The notes under the pieces were generated by a model that was not told the DNA's origin, did no database searches, and saw nothing but the letters and a program-made list of their open reading frames with translations. A DNA stretch of 64,000 nt, from IMG/VR virus record IMGVR_UViG_3300046786_000748, positions 40,994 through 104,993 of that record. One strand, given 5' to 3'. Both the position numbers and the translations under genes were made by a program. The stretch is from a virus. Shown one piece after another: positions 1 through 9,262 of the stretch (the stretch's first letter is position 1; each line of letters opens with the position of its first letter).

Positions 1-12
1 GACAATTTTTCA

Positions 13-20
13 TATTTATA
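13..20 (+). promoter_or_regulatory. Representative putative late promoter TATTTAT(A/T)
   Basis: Same sense-strand octamer or a 1-nt variant precedes about 20 genes on both strands (see findings). Confidence 0.75.
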
Positions 21-24
21 TCAT

Positions 25-2577
25 ATGGCAGTCGTCTATTATCCAAAACAATCTATAGTTCTTAAAAGAGACACGGTTAGTGCATCTTTTGAACAAGTTG
101 TTTTAAATACCACACCAAATACAATTCTCTATTTTGGTTCCGGTTCTCTCTCTGAAATATCCGGCTCTACAATTTACATTACTTCTAGTCACGCCCTAAC
201 TGCATCTTATCTCATGGGGTTTATAGAATCCGCTTCATTTGCTTCATTCGCTTTAAGTGCCTCATGGGCTCCTTCAGTTCAAAGCGAAGGTTCTGTTTCG
301 TCATCGTGGGCTAGTTCAAGTTTATCAGCAAGTTATGCTACACTTGCTTTGAACTCCATCAATGGAAGCGTATCCGCTTCTTATGCTTTAACTGCATCAT
401 ACTCGTCGAATGCCTCTTCGGAATCTTCTAGTTACGCACTTACAGCAAGTTATGCTTTAAATGGCGGTTCTGGTGGAACAACACTAACAACGGGTTCTTT
501 TTATCCAATAACTTCAAGTTGGTCGGTTTCAGCAAGTTGGGCTCCTAGTTCTCAAACAGTTGCATCTGTATCATCATCTTGGGCTAGTAGTTCACTGAGT
601 TCTAGCTATGCTATTTTAGCTTTAAACGTAATTAATGGTAACGTTTCTGCATCTTATGCGTTATCAGCATCCTATGCACCAAGTTCTCCATCTGTTTCTG
701 CTTCATATGCTTTAAGTTCTTCATATGCACCATTCACACAAGTTTATCAATCCAACACAACATCGGCAAGTTGGGCTAGCAGTTCTTTAACAGCAAGTTA
801 TTTACCTCCTGGAAATTATGCAATAACTTCTTCATGGACGACAAATTTACCACCCCATACTGCTTCATGGGCAGGGAATGCAATAGTTTCAAATACAAGT
901 TTATATGCTTCTCAATCTCAGTGGTCAATTTCTTCAAGCTATTCTTCTGGTTCTACTACAGCAGTAACAGCTACAAACCTCGGATTAACAGCTTATAATA
1001 TTTCTGTAACCTTTGCTTCTCAAAGTCAATTAGCTATCACTTCATCGTGGGCAAGCAGTTCACTATCTTCATCATTTGCTATAAGTGCAAGTTATTCTGC
1101 ATATCTCTATTACAATGTAACGCAATCTTTAACTCTTATAAGTTCAGCTTCGTGGGCTTCAGCAAGCTTAAGTTCAAGTTACTTAACTCCAGGAACATAT
1201 CAAATAACTTCGTCCTGGGTTACAAACCTTCCTGCTCATACAGCTTCTTGGGCTGGTAATGCGAACGTTGCTAATACAAGTTTATATGCTTCTCAATCCA
1301 ACTGGGCTATATCTTCCAGTTATGCTTCAGGATCTACAACGTCAGTAACTGCAACTAATCTAGGGTTAACTGCTTATAACATAAGCGTAACTTATGCTTC
1401 GCAATCAAGATGGGCTATATCAGCAAGTTGGGCTTCAAGTTCACTTACATCAAGCCACTTGCCTCCTGGAACTTATCAAATAACTTCTTCTTGGGCTGGA
1501 AATTCAATAGTATCAAATACTTCTTTGTTTGCTTCACAATCACAATGGTCAGTTTCATCTTCGTATGCTACGAGTTCAACCAGATCCGACGTAAGTTTAG
1601 TTCAAAATACAGGATCTAATGATACGTCATATTTGACGTTTGTTTTAAATACAGGAAGTTATCAGAACAACTACGTCACAACATCAATAACTGTTAATGC
1701 TGGATTGGGCAGATTAACTGCCACAAGTTTTACAGGAAGTCATTTCGGAAATACAATAGGAACGTCAAGTTGGTCAGTTTCAGCTTCATGGGCTCCATCA
1801 AACGGTGTTGTAAGTTCAGCTTCGTGGTCTTCAGCAAGCTTAAGTTCAAGTTACTTAACTCCAGGAATTTATTCAATAACTTCATCGTGGGTAGTTAATT
1901 TGCCTGCTCATACAGCTTCATGGGCAGGAAACGCAATAGTTTCAAATACAAGTTTATACTCTTCACAATCTCAGTGGAGTATATCTGCTTCATATGCTTC
2001 AAGTTCAACAATTGCTAATACAGCTACAACAGCTACTAATCTTGGATTAACATCTTATAATATTTCTGTCATTCACGCTTCGCAATCTCATTGGGCTACT
2101 TCAGCAAGTTATGCATCAAGTTCAACATCCGCTTCTTATGCTACACTTGCTCTCAATGTATTGAACGGAGGAGTTTCTTCATCATACGCATTATCTGCAA
2201 GTTATGCTCTTAATGGTGGTGGTGGACCAAGCATTTCTTCATCATACGCATCTACTTCTAGTTGGGCAAGTAATTTAGTAATAACATCTTCCGCACAAAC
2301 TACCGGAAGTTACATCTTAGTTAGCGATGATAATGGTAAAGTAATTACATTCCAAAATGCTACAACTAATAGCATTGTTATTCCAGCTTCATTACCAACG
2401 AATTTTAACTGTTTTTTGGTATCAGTATCTACCAGCAGTGTACAAGTTACTGGATCTGGTGGTATTCAACTTAATAATGCTAATAACTGTTTCAAGTTAA
2501 GTGGAAGATATTCAGCCGCTTCCATTGTTGGATACTTGCCAGAAAAATACATTCTATTTGGTGATGTTTCTTTATGA
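25..2577 (+). CDS. Ser/Ala-rich repeat tail-fibre-like protein
   Basis: 850 aa built from SASYA/SSSWA repeats plus longer internal repeats (PAHTASWAGN..VSNTSLYASQSQW). C-terminal ~85 aa globular domain (LVSDDNGKVITF...YILFGDV) of a type seen at fibre ends. TATTTATA at 13-20; ATGA overlap with next gene. Confidence 0.7.
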   Translation: MAVVYYPKQSIVLKRDTVSASFEQVVLNTTPNTILYFGSGSLSEISGSTIYITSSHALTASYLMGFIESASFASFALSASWAPSVQSEGSVSSSWASSSLSASYATLALNSINGSVSASYALTASYSSNASSESSSYALTASYALNGGSGGTTLTTGSFYPITSSWSVSASWAPSSQTVASVSSSWASSSLSSSYAILALNVINGNVSASYALSASYAPSSPSVSASYALSSSYAPFTQVYQSNTTSASWASSSLTASYLPPGNYAITSSWTTNLPPHTASWAGNAIVSNTSLYASQSQWSISSSYSSGSTTAVTATNLGLTAYNISVTFASQSQLAITSSWASSSLSSSFAISASYSAYLYYNVTQSLTLISSASWASASLSSSYLTPGTYQITSSWVTNLPAHTASWAGNANVANTSLYASQSNWAISSSYASGSTTSVTATNLGLTAYNISVTYASQSRWAISASWASSSLTSSHLPPGTYQITSSWAGNSIVSNTSLFASQSQWSVSSSYATSSTRSDVSLVQNTGSNDTSYLTFVLNTGSYQNNYVTTSITVNAGLGRLTATSFTGSHFGNTIGTSSWSVSASWAPSNGVVSSASWSSASLSSSYLTPGIYSITSSWVVNLPAHTASWAGNAIVSNTSLYSSQSQWSISASYASSSTIANTATTATNLGLTSYNISVIHASQSHWATSASYASSSTSASYATLALNVLNGGVSSSYALSASYALNGGGGPSISSSYASTSSWASNLVITSSAQTTGSYILVSDDNGKVITFQNATTNSIVIPASLPTNFNCFLVSVSTSSVQVTGSGGIQLNNANNCFKLSGRYSAASIVGYLPEKYILFGDVSL

Positions 2578-3803
2578 TCAACCACGGTTCAATTACTGCT
2601 TACTTAGATCCAGATGCCGCTAAAATTAGAAATGATGTATTAGCGGCAAGTGGTTCTGTTTCTAATTTCGGTGAATTAAATACTGCTTGGAAAAATTTGA
2701 ATAGATGTTTGAATTTGAGTTCGTCCGTTGAAAAATATGTAGCAACAACTACAAATGGATATGAATTTCTTGCCGCATTAAGCCAAAGTATATTAGCTAT
2801 TACAACTTCTGATAGAATAGATACACAAATAACAAGCAGTGTTGGTAGTGGTGGTGGAAGTTCTACTTTACGTCCTATCTTGTGTCCAGATGGTACTATC
2901 TATTGTCCACCTTACGGTGCTACTAATGCTGGATATTATTATTTACCTGATACCAATCAATTCTTTACGGCTTCTGGTCAAGCAGCCGTAGCTGCTAATC
3001 AATATGTAAGTGCCGTGTTACAGCCAGATGGAAAAGTATTTTGTGTTCCTTATTCGATGACAGCAAGTCGTGTATTTGATCCAGCAACTAAATCGGTTGT
3101 GTTTAAAGGTAAGTTCGCTGGTGGTGGACAATTTGCTGGTGGTGTTCAACTACCAAACGGTAAAATATTTTGCAATCCGTATAATGGCACAAGAGCAATT
3201 ATATGGGACCCATTAACCGAAACTTCCAGTTCTTCCGATGGTTTAACTTATTCTGGCAGTGCTGCGTCACATGGTTGTGTATTGGCGGCAAATGGTAAAG
3301 TATATTCAATTCCATTTAACGCAACTAAAGTATATGTTTATGACTATAGAACAAATTTAACAACTACTGGAAGTGGAACATATGCTGGTAGTCAGGCATT
3401 TTTAAGCGGTGTATTATTACCTAATGGTAAAATATTTTTCCATCCTTGGCTTTCAACATCAGCAAGAATATATGATCCAGAAACGGATATAGTGACTACA
3501 CCAGCACCAACATTTCCGGGAACCAGCGGATATCTTGGCAGTGTGTTAATGCTTGATGGAAGAGTTATATTAATTCCATCTAATCAATTAAGGCCCGGTT
3601 TTTATAATTACACAACAGATACTTATTCAACTGGTTCGGTAGCTTGGCACGCTGGGACATTTGGTTTTTATAGTGGTGCGTTAATGAAGAATGGAAAAAT
3701 ATTTGCTTGTGGTTATAATCATGTACGAAACGAAATTTTTACACCAAATTATGTTAGTGCATCAAGCACACTAGCATTATCAACATTTTTAAACAAAGCC
3801 TAA
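2574..3803 (+). CDS. Beta-propeller repeat protein, candidate receptor-binding protein
   Basis: About 7 repeats of xVLxPNGK(I/V)(F/Y)xxPY...IYDP; lies between fibre gene and chaperone-like gene. Confidence 0.6.
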   Translation: MINHGSITAYLDPDAAKIRNDVLAASGSVSNFGELNTAWKNLNRCLNLSSSVEKYVATTTNGYEFLAALSQSILAITTSDRIDTQITSSVGSGGGSSTLRPILCPDGTIYCPPYGATNAGYYYLPDTNQFFTASGQAAVAANQYVSAVLQPDGKVFCVPYSMTASRVFDPATKSVVFKGKFAGGGQFAGGVQLPNGKIFCNPYNGTRAIIWDPLTETSSSSDGLTYSGSAASHGCVLAANGKVYSIPFNATKVYVYDYRTNLTTTGSGTYAGSQAFLSGVLLPNGKIFFHPWLSTSARIYDPETDIVTTPAPTFPGTSGYLGSVLMLDGRVILIPSNQLRPGFYNYTTDTYSTGSVAWHAGTFGFYSGALMKNGKIFACGYNHVRNEIFTPNYVSASSTLALSTFLNKA

Positions 3804-3809
3804 TCTATT

Positions 3810-4292
3810 ATGAATGTATTTGTATTTGACAACTATTTGGAATATGTTTCACCAGCAGACGGTGTAACGGTATTGCGACATATGTTATTGGAACTGCCTA
3901 GTTTTAAAGATCATACAATTTTATATGATTTCACTTATAGTGATTTGGCACCGGAACAAAAAGCAATCCTACATGAAAGCGGTGATCCAGTTGCTGTAAG
4001 ATTGCTAAATAACTTGCCAGCAAGAAGTAAAGAAGAACTAAGGAAATTAATGATAGTCACTCCTGCTCAGTTAAGGTTGGCATTACTTCAATCAGGCATT
4101 TTACCATCCCAAATCACCGATGTAATCAGTCAATTGCCTGATGCTGCGCAACGTGAGACTGTCGGTATTCTTTGGGAATATGCCACACAGTTTGAAAGAA
4201 ATCATCCGTTTGTTGCTCAAATTGGAATTATGTTTGGTAAGACGGAAGAAGAAATTGACCAGATTTTCACAGTCGCTAAGACACTGAACTAA
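3810..4292 (+). CDS. Tail-fibre assembly chaperone-like protein
   Basis: C-terminal VTPAQLRLALL...WEYATQFERNHPFV...EIDQIF pattern typical of small proteins encoded after fibre genes. Confidence 0.55.
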   Translation: MNVFVFDNYLEYVSPADGVTVLRHMLLELPSFKDHTILYDFTYSDLAPEQKAILHESGDPVAVRLLNNLPARSKEELRKLMIVTPAQLRLALLQSGILPSQITDVISQLPDAAQRETVGILWEYATQFERNHPFVAQIGIMFGKTEEEIDQIFTVAKTLN

Positions 4293-4313
4293 CTATTTAT
4301 ATCTATACACTTT

Positions 4314-5192
4314 TTAAACTCTTGGTGTAAAATTAACAGGGTCATAAATAGCTGTCATTTCTTTAATAAACGGTTTCATTACTTCATCTTTTAATGCTTC
4401 CTGAAAACAGTCTTCCCAAGATTTTACTTTTGGATTTCCAATCTCGTTTAATTCAGGATTGTTATGAATTTCCCTAGCTTTTGAAGCCCATTTGGAAGCA
4501 GCCTGTGTTCTCCACTTGTCTTTATCACCACTCTTTTTGTTTCTAAAAGTCAATTCAAAAGATAATTGTTTACCATTCTCAAATATAGCAGAAATTGATT
4601 GACTTCCTTCATGTACAAACCACCCATCTCCCTGTCTAAAACTTTCATTAATTGGTGCTGTTTCCTGAGTTTCCCTAGACATCCCCTTCCAATCAGAATG
4701 GTCTACACCCCAGTTTTTAACATAAGGTTTCATTCTTTCACTACTTAATGCTTCGACAAAACATTCTTTCCAAGATTTTCTTTTGAAATAAGGATCATTT
4801 GGATCTGTTGGACGAATTCTTGAGTTGTGTAGTCTATGAATCTTTTGAGTTTCAATCATCCACCTTCTAACCGCCTTTTTACCCCACTCTTGTATCTTTC
4901 TAAACTCCGGTCTGTAAGGACCAATAGAATTACCAACCAATTCTCCAAGTTCTTGTGGATATTGAACTTCAAACCAAATTCTTGCTTGTTCTCGGTGATA
5001 TCCCTCAGGACCTATGTAAACACAAGCACCTGTAGTTCCACTTTCCCAATCATTTGCTCCTTGATAAGCAGACCAACCATTCCCCTGTTCAAACATATCA
5101 AAATTTTCAGGAACACGAAATGGTTTGGCGTCTTTAGACGACACAAACCCAGGAACATAGAGTTCTTCTAAAAGGTGTTTTAAGTGAATCAT
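4314..5192 (-). CDS. Hypothetical two-repeat protein with MIxLKxLLxE leader and capsid-like C-terminal peptide
   Basis: N-terminus MIHLKHLLEE; two homologous halves (QGNGW..KSWKECFVEAL..MKPYVK and QGDGW..KSWEDCFQEAL..MKPFIK); ends YDPVNFTPRV. Confidence 0.8.
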   Translation of the reverse strand: MIHLKHLLEELYVPGFVSSKDAKPFRVPENFDMFEQGNGWSAYQGANDWESGTTGACVYIGPEGYHREQARIWFEVQYPQELGELVGNSIGPYRPEFRKIQEWGKKAVRRWMIETQKIHRLHNSRIRPTDPNDPYFKRKSWKECFVEALSSERMKPYVKNWGVDHSDWKGMSRETQETAPINESFRQGDGWFVHEGSQSISAIFENGKQLSFELTFRNKKSGDKDKWRTQAASKWASKAREIHNNPELNEIGNPKVKSWEDCFQEALKDEVMKPFIKEMTAIYDPVNFTPRV

Positions 5193-5193
5193 A

Positions 5194-5997
5194 TCAAATT
5201 ATAAATATCGGATTCTTATTACAAAACTCGTCTAATGCTTTGAATAATTCAACATTATTAGCCCACTCCTTAAGTGGTTTCTGTTCATCTTCCGGATTTT
5301 CATCCGAAACAACAGGTTCTTCTTCTGGCTCTTGTGGAGTTTGCATCGGATCATCAACAGGTTTTGTAGCTACTGTAGGTTCTAGTTCTGGCTCAGGAGT
5401 TTGAGTTGGATCAATCGGTTTTTCCAATTCTGGCTCAGGTTCTTCTGGTGGTAATTTTTCCTTGGGAGGAGTTGTTGGAACAGCCACAGGAGTTTGATTG
5501 GGTGGTTGTGTTGGGTCGGGAGAAGGAACAGGTTCGCCTTCAATATTAGTTCTTAAATACTCTTTTAAAGCAATAAGATGTTTACAAAGACCAGGACCAC
5601 GGTTAATAGAAGATGGATAGTTCAATCCTTTGTTCAAACTACCAGGACCGTTTTCACCTGCGTCTTGTTGTTTATTAGCATAACTAAATCTAAACCTATA
5701 ATCAGGACAACTGCAATCAACTGAACAAGGAACTTTCATTGCGTTATCGCCAGGATTCATTTCTTCTTTGTAAAAATAAATAAACCCTTGGTGTCTCAAT
5801 CCCGTAGTATTTTCGTCTCTAGGAGTTTTATAAGAAAATTTCCAAGCCTCTCTGTCGTTTATAGATTTAGCTACAAGAGATTTTGCTGGGATTCTATTCG
5901 CTCTGTCTTTTCTAGCAGAATCAGAAGCACGCATGAGATCTTCATAAGACATTTTCTCAACAAGCATTTCTGAAATTAATGAACGAAGTTTAATCAT
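5194..5997 (-). CDS. SWIM-type zinc-finger protein with Pro/Glu-rich tail
   Basis: CSC-PDY...GLCKHLIAL (CxC..CxH) motif; leader MIKLRSLISE. Confidence 0.7.
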   Translation of the reverse strand: MIKLRSLISEMLVEKMSYEDLMRASDSARKDRANRIPAKSLVAKSINDREAWKFSYKTPRDENTTGLRHQGFIYFYKEEMNPGDNAMKVPCSVDCSCPDYRFRFSYANKQQDAGENGPGSLNKGLNYPSSINRGPGLCKHLIALKEYLRTNIEGEPVPSPDPTQPPNQTPVAVPTTPPKEKLPPEEPEPELEKPIDPTQTPEPELEPTVATKPVDDPMQTPQEPEEEPVVSDENPEDEQKPLKEWANNVELFKALDEFCNKNPIFII

Positions 5998-5998
5998 A

Positions 5999-6556
5999 TT
6001 AGTTGAATCCCAATCTCATAACCATCGTTGTTAAAATTGGACATTGAAATTTGTTTTTATCATAATACATCCATTCAATAGTACCTTCACTATCAAACTT
6101 AGAACCATCTCCTGTTTTTTTAGAAGGTTCTTTATCACCAACATCAACTGCGTATAAATAATAAATAGTATCTGTTGATTTAGTACCTCTACAAGTTCCC
6201 AATGATTTCAAATCTTTCTCTTTTACTTCATATCCACTTTCTTCTTTAATTTCTTTTACAGCAGTTTCTTCAGGAGACATGCCTTTTTCACAACCACCTG
6301 TCAAAGCAGATAAGTTCTTTTCTTTCCCCCAAGCAGGAGTAACTTCTTTTCTAACCCCATATTCCCACGCATCCCTACCTTTTCTTCTATACAATAAAAC
6401 CCCTACTATTTTACCCTGACAACGTTCTTCGTGGAGATAAAAATAACCATCTTCGTCTTTAACAAGTTTAATTTTTTTAATGGAAATCCACTCGTTTTCA
6501 TAAACGGTTTCTTCTTTTTTATTTCCTTCACAGAGAAGATGTTTTAACTTAATCAT
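5999..6556 (-). CDS. Nudix hydrolase
   Basis: Nudix box GGCEKGMSPEETAVKEIKEESGY; leader MIKLKHLLCE. Confidence 0.85.
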   Translation of the reverse strand: MIKLKHLLCEGNKKEETVYENEWISIKKIKLVKDEDGYFYLHEERCQGKIVGVLLYRRKGRDAWEYGVRKEVTPAWGKEKNLSALTGGCEKGMSPEETAVKEIKEESGYEVKEKDLKSLGTCRGTKSTDTIYYLYAVDVGDKEPSKKTGDGSKFDSEGTIEWMYYDKNKFQCPILTTMVMRLGFN

Positions 6557-6572
6557 AAATCAAATATAAATA

Positions 6573-7340
6573 TTACGATATTAACTCGTTCTTAAGTTTT
6601 CTTTTATGATACTTTACAGCACTTATACTGATTTTATATTTTGTTGAAAGTTGAATAATTGTATGTTGGTCGGATAAAATATCTTTAATTAAGTCCGATT
6701 TAATTTTCTTTAAAATTTGTTTATTGAGTTTTATTTTCTGTTTGTTTTCTTCTGACATTGGACCCAAAACCATTCCGGACCTTCGGTTTGGATTACTGTA
6801 GTTCATTGTTCTATTTTTTAACATAATTCGCCGATCATTAAACTTTTGTTGACCCACTTCTTTTCCATATTTGTTTGTAAACCACTCCATAGAGAACCTA
6901 CCCTTCGCTTTTTCTTTTTGTAGTTGTTTGGATTCCTCTGTGTGGTTTCTGCCATACATAGGATTGTTTTCACCTAATGAAATAGTCCTCATTTTTTCAA
7001 TAAACACATCTCTATTTGGATTATATGTTATATTATCACCACCGTTGGCTGTCGGACATATGTTATATCCGATATCTCTCATGTAAGGTTTAAACAAATC
7101 CAGATAATGTTGTTCTCTATCCAAGAGAATAATTTTTTCCGAAAGAGTTTCTTCAACAATTTCAAACAGGAATTTATCGTTGCCATAAAAATCCCAGGCG
7201 TGTTGAAGTTTTGGGTTTATATGATATCCACCATTTAGATATTGTTTGTGTTCTTCCCACCTATAATCTATATCTTTAGCAGAACCGATATAAAATTTTC
7301 CGTTAACAGTATTAGTTATTTTGTAAATTCCACTTTTCAT
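6573..7340 (-). mobile_element. Free-standing GIY-YIG (Seg-like) homing endonuclease gene
   Basis: GIYKITN...FYIGSA, RW..H, EQ..LD, GYN; NUMOD3-like NPMYGRNHTEESK; C-terminal HTH; directly downstream of the capsid gene. Confidence 0.9.
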
Positions 7341-7359
7341 ATGTCTATAAATATCATGA

Positions 7360-7388
7360 ATTTTACGGAATAATCAAACATTTGTCAA
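7360..7388 (-). promoter_or_regulatory. Sigma70-type promoter of the GIY-YIG gene
   Basis: Minus strand TTGACA-N17-TAAAAT; a TATTTATA motif also lies at 7346-7353. Confidence 0.65.
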
Positions 7389-7440
7389 CATTTTATTTTG
7401 AACATATTATATGAAATTTATTGAGTAAATAAATGCAAGA

Positions 7441-7467
7441 AAAAGAGCCTCATTTCTGAGGCTCTTT
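7441..7467 (-). terminator. Intrinsic terminator after the major capsid gene
   Basis: aaagagcctca-tttc-tgaggctcttt hairpin with a T run on the minus strand. Confidence 0.8.
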
Positions 7468-7494
7468 GCGTTTATAAGTTATTGGTTACCAAGA

Positions 7495-9222
7495 TTATAC
7501 TTGATTTAAATCGCCTACCAAAATGCGCCCGTAAAATTCTGGGCGGACTATCTTCTTCGCATATCTTGTCATTACACCACGTCTTGGCGTGAAGTTCACT
7601 GGATCGTAGACTAGAGGAGTCTGAACGAGTGGGATATATGGAGCATAGACAGCACCAGTTTCGAGGAAGTTATTTCCACGGAAACCAACAAGAATTACGT
7701 TGTCGGTCATATATGGGTTCTTGTAAACCTGGAATCTTGAAGCAAAGCTTCCGACTCTGGTTACGCCCATTGCGAACTTGGCTTGGTCACCATCGGTATT
7801 TACTGCCCATCCTGGGATGGATTCAAGGATGGTTGCGACATCTGGCGAGCAAACGAGGAAGTTAGCACCACCACGGAGGGTCAACTGGTGAATCTTGTTA
7901 CTAACCTTCTGAATCTTGATACCCAACGTGCGGTACCATGTATCCTTGGTGTAATATCCACCTGTTCCTGCAACGGATTGATCAACGACTGCGTATGTTC
8001 CATCACCGTTGGAGAGGATTTCACGATTGAGCTTAGCAGACCATCTTTCGGTGGTGATTGCTGGAGCATTCGTGATTAACATGTCGAGGATTTCAAGGTC
8101 GATTTCCATTGAAACGTACTCAGACAACAGAGCAGTAAGTTCTGCTTCTGCGTCAATGCTGTGATAAGCATTCAAGTCTTGAGCAAGTTCTGGAGTCCAG
8201 ACTGCTTTCAACTTACGAGTCTTGGCGACGATAGGTTCGCTCTTAAGTTCCAAATTAACTTCTGGGATACCGATATCGTTATTTAATCCAAATGTAGCAT
8301 CTGGAGAACCACGATCTTCGAAGTCACCACGGTTGGCATCTTTAGGCTGTACTGAGTAAATAACAGTCCAAGTTCCACCAGCGGCATTTGCACCACCACC
8401 ACCCATACCTGGAGCACCACCCAATGTTGCGGAAGCAGTTACGAGGAAGACAACTTCGGTTCCGAATTGTTTGGTTAATGCTGGGTAATACGATGCGGAT
8501 GTATTAGTTGGAGTAAACAACGATGCGGATTGTGCTGGTCCATAAAGAACAAAGCTACGAACTCCATTTGCGTCGAATACGTTACCAGCTGCTGTGGTCT
8601 GTGAATAGAGGTTAGTTGTAGCAACCTTCCAAATCTTACCAGCGGCCAGTGAAGATGACAAACTTACATCCCAGTTGATATCTTCCATCGAAGCAGAAGA
8701 AACTAAGACTGTAGCGGTTGTGTTTTTATCATTTACAGTATATCCGAAACGGCCGGAACCATAAAGACCACCGGTTGCTGAATCAGTCGAACCGAGTTTC
8801 GTACCCGTTCCACCGTAAAGAGATTGCGAGGTTGTTCCACCACCCTGACCGTCCTTGTAGAACTGACCTTGGTTTGTTCCATACTTGAAATCAAGATAGA
8901 ATACGAGACCAGAAGGAAGATTCATTGGCTGAACCGAGACGAATTCCTTAGCAGCGATTTCTGCGAATACACGACGAACGAGTGGAAGAGCGACGCCTGC
9001 CCATTGTTCGGAGTTTGAAGATACACCAGTCTGACTGGCTTCTTCGATAAGCTGCTTGGCTTGGTTTTCAAGCAATACAGCCATGTTGGATTTTTCCATG
9101 TCATTCTTCAAACCTTCAAGCAAGCCTGTCTTATCCCACTTGGAGACGAGACCACGGGTTTCTTGCATCAAACGAGCCTGAGGATTCATGGTGTTTGTCA
9201 ATAGTGACTTTACATCATTCAT
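7495..9222 (-). CDS. gp23: Major capsid protein, T4 gp23-like
   Basis: LLENQ, PLVRRVF..VSVQPMNLPSGLVFYL, KTRKLKAVWTPELAQDLNAYHSIDAEAELT..EIDLEI, YAPYIPL..FTPRRGVMTRY; codon usage suggestive of high expression. Confidence 0.97.
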   Translation of the reverse strand: MNDVKSLLTNTMNPQARLMQETRGLVSKWDKTGLLEGLKNDMEKSNMAVLLENQAKQLIEEASQTGVSSNSEQWAGVALPLVRRVFAEIAAKEFVSVQPMNLPSGLVFYLDFKYGTNQGQFYKDGQGGGTTSQSLYGGTGTKLGSTDSATGGLYGSGRFGYTVNDKNTTATVLVSSASMEDINWDVSLSSSLAAGKIWKVATTNLYSQTTAAGNVFDANGVRSFVLYGPAQSASLFTPTNTSASYYPALTKQFGTEVVFLVTASATLGGAPGMGGGGANAAGGTWTVIYSVQPKDANRGDFEDRGSPDATFGLNNDIGIPEVNLELKSEPIVAKTRKLKAVWTPELAQDLNAYHSIDAEAELTALLSEYVSMEIDLEILDMLITNAPAITTERWSAKLNREILSNGDGTYAVVDQSVAGTGGYYTKDTWYRTLGIKIQKVSNKIHQLTLRGGANFLVCSPDVATILESIPGWAVNTDGDQAKFAMGVTRVGSFASRFQVYKNPYMTDNVILVGFRGNNFLETGAVYAPYIPLVQTPLVYDPVNFTPRRGVMTRYAKKIVRPEFYGRILVGDLNQV

Positions 9223-9262
9223 AATATATGTTTCCTTAATTTATCTAACTTTTTTTGCTCAA

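Noticed and set aside
4320-4346. Capsid-peptide match as recent DNA duplication or assembly artefact
   Set aside because: Seven of nine codons differ synonymously and flanking DNA is unrelated.
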